DNA of 64,000 bases, taken from NCBI GenBank assembly GCA_964016885.1, contig OZ024743.1, positions 140,306,001-140,370,000 on the forward strand, in the 5' to 3' direction. Source of the stretch: Eledone cirrhosa (taxonomy: Eukaryota). Below are positions 48,200 through 59,700 of this stretch, one piece after another. Numbering within the stretch: position 1 is the stretch's first letter; each line of letters begins with the position of its first letter. Below the pieces are notes generated by a model. The model was not told where the DNA came from. It did not search any database and saw nothing but the letters and a program-made list of their open reading frames with translations. Made by a program: the position numbers and the translations under genes.

Positions 48200-51100
48200 G
48201 TGTTTGGTGTTTGGTGCTTGGTGCTTGGTGTTTGGTGCTTGGTGCTGGGTGGTTGGTGTTTAGTGCTTGGTGTTTGGTGCTGGGTGCTTGGTGTTTGGTG
48301 CTTGGTGTTTGGTGTTTGGTGCTTGGTGCTTGGTGTTTGGTGCTTGGTGTTTGTGTTTGGTGCTTGGTGCTTAGTGTTTGGTGCTAGGTGCTTGGTGTTT
48401 GGTGCTTGGTGCTTGGTGTTTGGTGCCTGGTGCTTGGTGTTTGGTGTTTGGTGTTTGGTGCTTGGTGCTTGGTGTTTGGTGTTTGCTGTTTGCTGTTTGG
48501 TGTTTGGTGTTTGGTGTTTGTTGTTTGGTGTTTGCTGTTTGGTGCTTGGTGTTTGCTTTTTGGTGTTTGGTGTTTGCTGTATGTTGTTTGCTATTTGGTG
48601 TTTGGTGTTTGGTGTTTGGTGCTTGTTGCTTGGTGTTTGGTGCTTGGTGCTTGGTGTTTGGTTCCTGGTGCTTGGTGCTTGGTGCTTGGTGTTTGGTGTT
48701 TGGTGCTTGGTGCTTGGAGTTTTGTGTTTGGTGCTTGGTGCTTGGTGTTTTGTGTTTCGTGTTTGGTTTTTGGTGCTTGGTGCTTGGTGCTTGGTCTTTG
48801 GTGTTTGGTGCTGGGTGCTTTGTCTTTGGTGCTTGGTGCTTGGTGCTTGGTGTTTGGTGTTTGCTGCTTGGTGTTTGATGCTTGGTGCTTGGTGCTTGGT
48901 GTTTTGTGTTTGGTGCTTGGTGTTTGGTGCTTGGTGCTTGGTGTTTGTACTTGGTGCTTGGTGCTTGGTGTTTGGTTCTTGGTTCTTGGTGTTTGGTGTT
49001 TGGCGATTGGTGTTTGGTGCTTGGTGCTTGGTGTTTGGTGCCTGGTGCTTGGTGCTTGGTGCTTGGTGTTTGGTGTTTGGTGCTTGGTGCTTGGAGTTTG
49101 GTGTTTGGTGCTTGGTGCTTGGTGTTTTGTGTTTGGTGCTTGGTGTTTGATGCTTGGTGCTTGGTGCTTGGTGTTTTGTGTTTGGTGCTTGGTTCTTGGT
49201 GTTTGGTGCTTGGTGCTTGGTGCTTGGTGTTTGTACTTGGTGCTTGGTGCTTGGTATTTGGTTCTTGGTTCTTGGTGTTTGGTACTTGGTGCTTGGTGCT
49301 TGGTGCTTGATGTTTGGTGTTTGGTGGTTGGTGTTTAGTGCTTGGTGCTTGGTGCTTGGTGTTAGGTGTTTGGTGCTTGGTCCTTGGTGTTTGGTGCTTG
49401 GTCTTTGGTGTTTGCTGTCTGCTTTTTGGTGTTTAGTGTTTGCTGTATGGTGTTTGGTGTTTGCTGTTTGGTGTTTGTTCTTTGGTGCTTGGTGTTTGGT
49501 GTTTGGTGCTTGGTGCTTGGTGTTTGGTGTTATATGCTTGGTGTTTGATGCTTGGTGCTTGGTGCTTGGTGTTTGGTGTTTGGTGTTTGTACTTGGTGCT
49601 TGGTGCTTGGTGCTGGGTGTTTGGTGCTTGGTGCTTGGTGTTTGGTGGTTGGTGTTTGGTGCTTGGTGTTAGGTGTTTGGTGATTGGTGCTTGGTGTTTG
49701 GTGTTTGGTGCTTGGTGTTTGGTGTTTGGTGCTTGGTGTTTGGTGCTTGGTACTTGGTGCTTGGTGCTTGTTGTTAGGTGTTTGGTGCTTGGTGTTTGGT
49801 GCTTGGTGTTTGGTGCTTGGTGCTTGGTGCTTGGTGCTTGGTGTTTGGTGGTTGGTGTTTGGTGCTTGGTGTTAGGTGTTTGGTGCTTGGTGCTTGGTGT
49901 TTGGTGTTTGGTGCTTGGTGTTTGGTGTTTGGTGCTTGGTGTTTGGTGCTTTTTGCTTGGTGCTTGGTGCTTGGTGTTTGGTGCTTGGTGCTTGGTGTTT
50001 GGTGTTTGGTGCTGGGTGCTTGGTGTTTGGTGTTTGGTGTTATATGCTTGGTGTTTGATGCTTGGTGCTTGGTGCTTGGTGTTTGGTGTTTGGTGCTTGG
50101 TGTTTGATGCTTGGTGCTTGGTGCTTGGTGTTTGGTGCTTGGTGCTTGGTGTTTGGTGCTTGGTGCTTGGTGTTTGGTGCTTGGTGTTTGGTGCTTGGTG
50201 TTTGGTGCTTGGTCCTTGGTGCTTGGTGCTTGGTGTTTGGTGGTTGGTGCTTGGTGCTTGGTGTTAGGTGTTTGGTGCTTGGTGCTTGGTGTTTGGTGTT
50301 TGGTGCTTGGTGTTTGGTGTTTGGTGCTTGGTGTTTGGTGCTTGGTACTTGGTGCTTGGTGCTTGGTGTTAGGTGTTTGGTGCTTGGTGTTTGGTGTCTG
50401 GTTTTTGGTGCTTGGTGCTTGGTGTTTGGTGCTTGCTGCTGGCTGCTTGGTGTTTGGTGCTTGGTGATTGGTGCCTGGTGTTTGGTGCTTGGTGTTTGGT
50501 GTTTGGTGCTAGGTGCTTGGTGTTTGGTGCTTGGTGCTTGGTGTTTGTACTTGGTGCTTGGTGCTTGGTTCTTGGTGTTTGGTGCTTGGTGCTTGGTGTT
50601 TGGTGCTTGGTGCTTGGTGTTTGGTGCTTGGTGTTTGGTGCTTGGTGTTTGGTGCTTGGTGCTTGGTGCTTGGTGTTTGGTGCTTGGTGTTTGGTGCTTG
50701 GTGTTAGGTGTTTGGTGCTTGGTGCTTGGTGTTTGGTGCTTGGTGTTTGATGCTTGGTGCTTTGTGCTTGGTGTTTGGTGCTTGGTGCTTGGTGTTTGTA
50801 CTTGGTGCTTGGTGCTTGGTTCTTGGTGTTTGGTGCTTGGTGCTTGGTGTTTGGTGTTTGGTGCTTGGTGTTTGGTGCTTGGTGTTTGGTGCTTGGTGCT
50901 TGGTGTTTGGTGCTTGGTGCTGGGTGGTTGGTGTTTAGTGCTTGGTGTTTGGTGCTGGGTGCTTGGTGTTTGGTGCTTGGTGTTTGGTGTTTGGTGCTTG
51001 GTGCTTGGTGTTTGGTGCTTGGTGTTTAGTGTTTGGTGCTTGGTGCTTAGTGTTTGGTGCTAGGTGCTTGGTGTTTGGTGCTTGGTGCTTGGTGTTTGGT

Positions 51101-54100
51101 GCCTGGTGCTTGGTGTTTGGTGTTTGGTGTTTGGTGCTTGGTGCTTGGTGTTTGGTGTTTGCTGTTTGCTGTTTGGTGTTTGGTGTTTGGTGTTTGTTGT
51201 TTGGTGTTTGCTGTTTGGTGTTTGGTGCTTGGTGCTTAGTGTTTGGTGCTAGGTGCTTGGTGTTTGGTGCTTGGTGCTTGGTGTTTGGTGCCTGGTGCTT
51301 GGTGTTTGGTGTTTGGTGTTTGGTGCTTGGTGCTTGGTGTTTGGTGTTTGCTGTTTGCTGTTTGGTGTTTGGTGTTTGGTGTTTGTTGTTTGGTGTTTGC
51401 TGTTTGGTGTTTGGTGTTTGCTTTTTGGTGTTTGGTGTTTGCTGTATGTTGTTTGCTATTTGGTGTTTGGTGTTTGGTGTTTGGTGCTTGTTGCTTGGTG
51501 TTTGGTGCTTGGTGCTTGGTGTTTGGTTCCTGGTGCTTGGTGCTTGGTGCTTGGTGTTTGGTGTTTGGTGCTTGGTGCTTGGAGTTTTGTGTTTGGTGCT
51601 TGGTGCTTGGTGTTTTGTGTTTCGTGTTTGGTTTTTGGTGCTTGGTGCTTGGTGCTTGGTCGTTGGTGTTTGGTGCTGGGTGCTTTGTCTTTGGTGCTTG
51701 GTGCTTGGTGCTTGGTGTTTGGTGTTTGCTTCTTGGTGTTTGATGCTTGGTGCTTGGTGCTTGGTGTTTTGTGTTTGGTGCTTGGTGTTTGGTGCTTGGT
51801 GCTTGGTGTTTGTACTTGGTGCTTGGTGCTTGGTGTTTGGTTCTTGGTTCTTGGTGTTTGGTGTTTGGCGATTGGTGTTTGGTGCTTGGTGCTTGGTGTT
51901 TGGTGCCTGGTGCTTGGTGCTTGGTGCTTGGTGTTTGGTGTTTGGTGCTTGGTGCTTGGAGTTTGGTGTTTGGTGCTTGGTGCTTGGTGTTTTGTGTTTG
52001 GTGCTTGGTGTTTGATGCTTGGTGCTTGGTGCTTGGTGTTTTGTGTTTGGTGCTTGGTTCTTGGTGTTTGGTGCTTGGTGCTTGGTGCTTGGTGTTTGTA
52101 CTTGGTGCTTGGTGCTTGGTATTTGGTTCTTGGTTCTTGGTGTTTGGTACTTGGTGCTTGGTGCTTGGTGCTTGATGTTTGGTGTTTGGTGGTTGGTGTT
52201 TGGTGCTTGGTGCTTGGTGCTTGGTGTTAGGTGTTTGGTGCTTGGTCCTTGGTGTTTGGTGCTTGGTGTTTGGTGTTTGCTGTCTGCTTTTTGGTGTTTA
52301 GTGTTTGCTGTATGGTGTTTGGTGTTTGCTGTTTGGTGTTTGTTCTTTGGTGCTTGATGTTTGGTGCTTGGTGCTTGGTGTTTGGTGTTTGGTGCTTGGT
52401 GCTTGGTGTTTGGTGTTATATGCTTGGTGTTTGATGCTTGGTGCTTGGTGCTTGGTGTTTGGTGTTTGGTGTTTGTACTTGGTGCTTGGTGCTTGGTGCT
52501 GGGTGCTTGGTGCTTGGTGCTTGGTGCTTGGTGCTTGGTGCTTGGTGTTTGGTGGTTGGTGTTTGGTGCTTGGTGTTAGGTGTTTGGTGATTGGTGCTTG
52601 GTGTTTGGTGTTTGGTGCTTGGTGTTTGGTGTTTGGTGCTTGGTGTTTGGTGCTTGGTACTTGGTGCTTGGTGCTTGTTGTTAGGTGTTTGGTGCTTGGT
52701 GTTTGGTGCTTGGTGTTTGGTGCTTGGTGCTTGGTGCATGGTGTTTGGTGGTTGGTGTTTGGTGCTTGGTGTTAGGTGTTTGGTGCTTGGTGCTTGGTGT
52801 TTGGTGTTTGGTGCTTGGTGCTTGGTGTTTGGTGCTTGGTGTTTGGTGCTTTTTGCTTGGTGCTTGGTGCTTGGTGTTTGGTGCTTGGTGCTTGGTGTTT
52901 GGTGTTTGGTGCTGGGTGCTTGGTGTTTGGTGTTTGGTGTTATATGCTTGGTGTTTGATGCTTGGTGCTTGGTGCTTGGTGTTTGGTGTTTGGTGCTTGG
53001 TGTTTGATGCTTGGTGCTTGGTGCTTGGTGTTTGGTGCTTGGTGCTTGGTGTTTGGTGCTTGGTGCTTGGTGTTTGGTGCTTGGTGTTTGGTGCTTGGTG
53101 TTTGGTGCTTGGTCCTTGGTGCTTGGTGCTTGGTGTTTGGTGGTTGGTGCTTGGTGCTTGGTGTTAGGTGTTTGGTGCTTGGTGCTTGGTGTTTGGTGTT
53201 TGGTGCTTGGTGTTTGGTGTTTGGTGCTTGGTGTTTGGTGCTTGGTACTTGGTGCTTGGTGCTTGGTGTTAGGTGTTTGGTGCTTGGTGTTTGGTGTCTG
53301 GTTTTTGGTGCTTGGTGCTTGGTGTTTGGTGCTTGCTGCTGGCTGCTTGGTGTTTGGTGCTTGGTGATTGGTGCCTGGTGTTTGGTGCTTGGTGTTTGGT
53401 GTTTGGTGCTAGGTGCTTGGTGTTTGGTGCTTGGTGCTTGGTGTTTGTACTTGGTGCTTGGTGCTTGGTTCTTGGTGTTTGGTGCTTGGTGCTTGGTGTT
53501 TGGTGCTTGGTGCTTGGTGTTTGGTGCTTGGTGTTTGGTGCTTGGTGTTTGGTGTTTGGTGCTTGGTGCTTGGTGTTTGGTGCTTGGTGTTTGGTGCTTG
53601 GTGTTAGGTGTTTGGTGCTTGGTGCTTGGTGTTTGGTGCTTGGTGTTTGATGCTTGGTGCTCTGTGCTTGGTGTTTGGTGCTTGGTGCTTGGTGTTTGTA
53701 CTTGGTGCTTGGTGCTTGGTTCTTGGTGTTTGGTGCTTGGTGCTTGGTGTTTGGTGTTTGGTGCTTGGTGTTTGGTGCTTGGTGTTTGGTGCTTGGTGCT
53801 TGGTGTTTGGTGCTTGGTGCTGGGTGGTTGGTGTTTAGTGCTTGGTGTTTGGTGCTGGGTGCTTGGTGTTTGGTGCTTGGTGTTTGGTGTTTGGTGCTTG
53901 GTGCTTGGTGTTTGGTGCTTGGTGTTTAGTGTTTGGTGCTTGGTGCTTAGTGTTTGGTGCTAGGTGCTTGGTGTTTGCTGCTTGGTGCTTGGTGTTTGGT
54001 GCCTGGAGCTTGGTGTTTGGTGTTTGGTGTTTGGTGCTTGGTGCTTGGTGTTTGGTGTTTGCTGTTTGCTGTTTGGTGTTTGGTGTTTGGTGTTTGTTGT

Positions 54101-54400
54101 TTGGTGTTTGCTGTTTGGTGTTTGGTGTTTGCTTTTTGGTGTTTGGTGTTTGCTGTATGTTGTTTGCTGTTTGGTGTTTGGTGTTTGGTGTTTGGTGCTT
54201 GTTGCTTGGTGTTTGGTGCTTGGTGCTTGGTGTTTGGTTCCTGGTGCTTGGTGCTTGGTGCTTGGTGTTTGGTGTTTGGTGCTTGGTGCTTGGAGTTTTG
54301 TGTTTGGTGCTTGGTGCTTGGTGTTTTGTGTTTCGTGTTTGGTTTTTGGTGCTTGGTGCTTGGTGCTTGGTCCTTGGTGTTTGGTGTTTGGTGTTTGATG
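48200..54400 (+). repeat. Near-perfect tandem duplication, unit about 2.87-2.9 kb
   Basis: Offset 2865 (48388/51253, 48882/51747, 49366/52231) changes to 2900 (50062/52962, 50373/53273, 50942/53842). An internal 189-bp duplication lies at 51054/51243. Confidence 0.92.
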
Positions 54401-56749
54401 CTTGGTGTTTGGTGCTTGGTGTTTTGTGTTTGGTGCTTGGTGTTTGGTGCTTGGTGTTTGTACTTGGTGCTTGGTGCTTGGTGTTTGGTTCTTGGTTCTT
54501 GGTGTTTGGTGTTTGGCGATTGGTGTTTGGTGCTTGGTGCTTGGTGTTTGGTCTTTGGTGCTTGGTGTTTGGTGCTTGGTGCTTGGTGTTTGGTGTTTGG
54601 TGCTTGGTGCTTGGTGTTTGGTGTTATATGCTTGGTGTTTGATGCTTGGTGCTTGGTGCTTGGTGTTTGGTGTTTGGTGTTTGTACTTGGTGCTTGTTGC
54701 TTGGTGCTTGGTGTTTGGTGCTTGGTGTTTGGTGCTTGGTGCTTGGTGCTTCGTGCTTGGTGCTTGGTGCTTGGTGTTTGGTGGTTGGTGTTTGGTGCTT
54801 GGTGTTAGGTGTTTGGTGCTTGGTGCTTGGTGTTTGGTGTTTGGTGCTTGGTGTTTGGTGTTTGGTGCTTGGTGTTTGGTGCTTGGTACTTGGTGCTTGG
54901 TGCTTGGTGTTAGTTGTTGGGTGCTTGGTGTTTGGTGCTTGGTGTTTGGTGCTTCGTGCTTGGTGCTTGGTGCTTGGTGTTTGGTGGTTGGTGTTTGGTG
55001 CTTGGTGTTAGGTGTTTGGTGCTTGGTGCTTGGTGTTTGGTGTTTGGTGCTTGGTGTTTGGTGTTTGGTGCTTGGTGTTTGGTGCTTTTTGCTTGGTGCT
55101 TGGTGTTTGGTGTTTGGTGCTTGGTGTTTGGTGTTTGGAGCTTGGTGTTTGGTGCTTTTTGCTTGGTGCTTGGTGCTTGGTGTTTGGTGCTTGGTGCTTG
55201 GTGTTTGGTGCTGGGTGCTTGGTGTTTGGTGTTTGGTGTTATATGCTTGGTGTTTGATGCTTGGTGCTTGGTGCTTGGTGTTTGGTGCTTGGTGCTTGGT
55301 GTTTGGTGCTAGGTGTTTGGTGCTTGGTGTTTGGTGCTTGGTGCTTGGTGCTTGGTGCTTGGTGTTTGGTGGTTGGTGCTTGGTGCTTGGTGTTTGGTGT
55401 TTGGTGCTTGGTGTTTGGTGCTTGGTACTTGGTGCTTGGTGCTTGGTGTTAGGTGTTTGGTGCTTGGTGTTTGGTGTCTGGTTTTTGGTGCTTGGTGCTT
55501 GGTGTTTGGTGCTTGCTGCTGGCTGCTTGGTGTTTGGTGCTTGGTGATTGGTGCCTGGTGTTTGGTGCTTGGTGTTTGGTGTTTGGTGCTAGGTGCTTGG
55601 TATTTGGTGCTTGGTGCTTGGTGTTTGTACTTGGTGCTTGGTGCTTGGTTCTTGGTGTTTGGTGCTTGGTGCTTGGTGTTTGGTGCTTGGTGCTTGGTGT
55701 TTGGTGCTTGCTGTTTGGTGCTTGGTGTTTGGTGCTTGGTGCTTGGTGCTTGGTGTTTGGTGCTTGGTGTTTGGTGCTTGGTGTTAGGTGTTTGGTGCTT
55801 GGTGCTTGGTGTTTGGTGTTTGGTTCTTGGTGTTTGGTGTTTGGTGTTATATGCTTGGTGTTTGATGCTTGGTGCTTGGTGCTTAGTGTTTGGTGCTTGG
55901 TGTTTGATGCTTGGTGCTTGGTGCTTGGTGTTTGGTGCTTGGTGCTTGGTGTTTGTACTTGGTGCTTGGTGCTTGGTTCTTGGTGTTTGGTGCTTGGTGC
56001 TTGGTGTTTGGTGTTTGGTGCTTGGTGTTTGGTGCTTGGTGTTTGGTGCTTGGTGCTTGGTGTTTGGTGCTTGGTGCTGGGTGGTTGGTGTTTAGTGCTT
56101 GGTGTTTGGTGCTTGGTGCTTGGTGTTTGGTGCTTGGTGTTTGGTGTTTGGTGCTTGGTGCTTGGTGTTTGGTGCTTGGTGTTTAGTGTTTGGTGCTTGG
56201 TGCTTTGTGTTTGGTGCTAGGTGCTTGGTGTTTGGTGCTTGGTGCTTGGTGTTTGGTGCCTGGTGCTTGGTGTTTGGTGTTTGGTGTTTGGTGCTTGGTG
56301 CTTGGTGTTTGGTGTTTGCTGTTTGCTGTTTGGTGTTTGGTGTTTGGTGTTTGTTGTTTGGTGTTAGCTGTTTGGTGTTTGGTGTTTGCTTTTTGGTGTT
56401 TGGTGTTTGCTGTATGTTGTTTGCTGTTTGGTGTTTGGTGTTTGGTGTTTGGTGTTTGGTGCTTGTTGCTTGGTGTTTGGTGCTTGGTGCTTGGTGTTTG
56501 GTTCCTGGTGCTTGGTGCTTGGTGCTTGGTGTTTGGTGTTTGGTGCTTGGTGCTTGGAGTTTTGTGTTTGGTGCTTGGTGCTTGGTGTTTTGTGTTTCGT
56601 GTTTGGTTTTTGGTGCTTGGTGCTTGGTGCTTGGTCCTTGGTGTTTGGTGCTGGGTGCTTTGTGTTTGGTGCTTGGTGCTTGGTGCTTGGTGTTTGGTGT
56701 TTGCTGCTTGGTGTTTGATGCTTGGTGCTTGGTGTTTTGTGTTTGGTGC

Positions 56750-59700
56750 TTGGTGTTTGGTGCTTGGTGCTTGGTGTTTGTACTTGGTGCTTGGTGCTTG
56801 GTGTTTGGTTCTTGGTTCTTGGTGTTTGGTGTTTGGCGATTGGTGTTTGGTGCTTGGTGCTTGGTGTTTGGTGCCTGGTGCTTGGTGCTTGGTGCTTGGT
56901 GTTTCGTGTTTGGTGCTTGGTGCTTGGAGTTTGGTGTTTGGTGCTTGGTGCTTGGTGTTTTGTGTTTGGTGCTTGGTGTTTGATGCTTGGTGCTTGGTGC
57001 TTGGTGTTTTGTGTTTGGTGCTTGGTTCTTGGTGTTTGGTGCTTGGTGCTTGGTGCTTGGTGTTTGTACTTGGTGCTTGGTGCTTGGTGTTTGGTTCTTG
57101 GTTCTTGGTGTTTGGTACTTGGTGCTTGGTGCTTGGTGCTTGATGTTTGGTGTTTGGTGGTTGGTGTTTGGTGCTTGGTGCTTGGTGCTTGGTGTTAGGT
57201 GTTTGGTGCTTGGTCCTTGGTGTTTGGTGCTTGGTGTTTGGTGTTTGCTGTCTGCTTTTTGGTGTTTAGTGTTTGCTGTATGGTGTTTGGTGTTTGCTGT
57301 TTGGTGTTTGGTCTTTGGTGCCTGGTGTTTGGTGCTTGGTGCTTGGTGTTTGGTGTTTGGTGCTTGGTGCTTGGTGTTTGGTGTTATACGCTTGGTGTTT
57401 GATGCTTGGTGCTTTGTGCTTGGTGTTTGGTGTTTGGTGTTTGTACTTGGTGCTTGGTGCTTGGTGCTTGGTGTTTGGTGCTTGGTGTTTGGTGCTTGGT
57501 GCTTGGTGCTTGGTGCTTGGTGCTTGGTGTTTGGTGGTTGGTGTTTGGTGCTTGGTGTTAGGTGTTTGGTGCTTGGTGCTTGGTGTTTGGTGTTTGGTGC
57601 TTGGTGTTTGGTGTTTGGTGCTTGGTGTTTGGTGCTTGGTACTTGGTGCTTGGTGCTTGGTGTTAGGTGTTTGGTGCTTGGTGTTTGGTGCTTGGTGTTT
57701 GGTGCTTGGTGCTTGGTGCTTGGTGCTTGGTGTTTGGTGGTTGGTGTTTAGTGCTTGGTGTTAGTTGTTTGGTGCTTGGTGCTTGGTGTTTGGTGTTTGG
57801 TGCTTGGTGTTTGGTGTTTGGTGCTTGGTGTTTGGTGCTTTTTGCTTGGTGCTTGGTGCTTGGTGTTTGGTGCTTGGTGCTTGGTGTTTGGTGCTGGGTG
57901 CTTGGTGTTTGGTGTTTGGTGTTATATGCTTGGTGTTTGATGCTTGGTGCTTGGTGCTTGGTGTTTGGTGTTTGGTGCTTGGTGTTTGATGCTTGGTGCT
58001 TGGTGCTTGGTGTTTGGTGCTTGGTGCTTGGTGTTTGGTGCTTGGTGCTTGGTGTTTGGTGCTTGGTGTTTGGTGCTTGATGTTTGGTGCTTGGTGCTTG
58101 GTGCTTGGTGCTTGGTGTTTGGTGGTTGGTGCTTGGTGCTTGGTGTTAGGTGTTTGGTGCTTGGTGCTTGGTGTTTGGTGTTTGGTGCTTGGTGTTTGGT
58201 GTTTGGTGCTTGCTGCTGGCTGCTTGGTGTTTGGTGCTTGGTGATTGGTGCTTGGTGTTTGGTGCTTGGTGTTTGGTGTTTGGTGCTAGGTGCTTGGTGT
58301 TTGGTGCTTGGTGCTTGGTGTTTGTACTTGGTGCTTGGTGCTTGGTTCTTGGTGTTTGGTGCTTGGTGCTTGGTGTTCGGTGCTTGGTGCTTGGTGTTTG
58401 GTGCTTGGTGTTTGGTGCTTGGTGTTTGGTGCTTGGTTCTTGGTGATTGGTGTTTGGTGCTTGGTGTTTGGTGCTTGGTGTTAGGTGTTTGGTGCTTGGT
58501 GTTTGGTGCTTGGTACTTGGTGCTTGGTGCTTTGTGTTAGGTGTTTGGTGCTTGGTGTTTGGTGTCTGGTTTTTGGTGCTTGGTGCTTGGTGTTTGGTGC
58601 TTGCTGCTGGCTGCTTGGTGTTTGGTGCTTGGTGATTGGTGCTTGGTGTTTGGTGCTTGGTGTTTGGTGTTTGGTGCTAGATGCTTGGTGTTTGGTGCTT
58701 GGTGCTTGGTGTTTGTACTTGGTGCTTGGTGCTTGGTTCTTGGTGTTTGGTGCTTGGTGCTTGGTGTTTGGTGCTTGGTGCTTGGTGTTTGGTGCTTGGT
58801 GTTTGGTGCTTGGTGCTTGGTGCATGGTGTTTGTACTTGGTGCTTGGTGCTTGGTGTTTGGTTCTTGGTTCTTGGTGTTTGGAACTTGGTGCTTGGTGCT
58901 TGGTGCTTGATGTTTGGTGTTTGGTGGTTGGTGTTTGGTGCTTGGTGCTTGGTGCTTGGTGTTAGGTGTTTGGTGCTTGGTCCTTGGTGTTTGGTGCTTG
59001 GTGTTTGGTGTTTGCTGTCTGCTTTTTGGTGTTTAGTGTTTGCTGTATGGTGTTTGGTGTTTGCTGTTTGGTGTTTGGTCTTTGGTGCTTGGTGTTTGGT
59101 GCTTGGTGCTTGGTGTTTGGTGTTTGGTGCTTGGTGCTTGGTGTTTGGTGTTATATGCTTGGTGTTTGATGCTTGGTGCTTGGTGCTTGGTATTTGGTGT
59201 TTGGTGTTTGTACTTGGTGCTTGGTGCTTGGTGCTTGGTGTTTGGTGCTTGGTGTTTGGTGCTTGGTGCTTGGTGCTTGGTGCTTGGTGCTTGGTGTTTG
59301 GTGGTTGGTGTTTGGTGCTTGGTGTTAGGTGTTTGGTGCTTGGTGCTTGGTGTTTGGTGTTTGGTGCTTGGTGTTTGGTGTTTGGTGCTTGGTGTTTGGT
59401 GCTTGGTACTTGGTGCTTGGTGCTTGGTGTTAGGTGTTTGGTGCTTGGTGTTTGGTGCTTGGTGTTTGGTGCTTGGTGCTTGGTGCTTGGTGCTTGGTGT
59501 TTGGTGGTTGGTGTTTGGTGCTTGGTGTTAGGTGTTTGGTGCTTGGTGCTTGGTGTTTGGTGTTTGGTGCTTGGTGTTTGGTGTTTGGTGCTTGGTGTTT
59601 GGTGCTTTTTGCTTGGTGCTTGGTGCTTGGTGTTTGGTGCTTGGTTCTTGTTGTTTGGTGCTGGGTGCTTGGTGTTTGGTGTTTGGTGTTATATGCTTGG

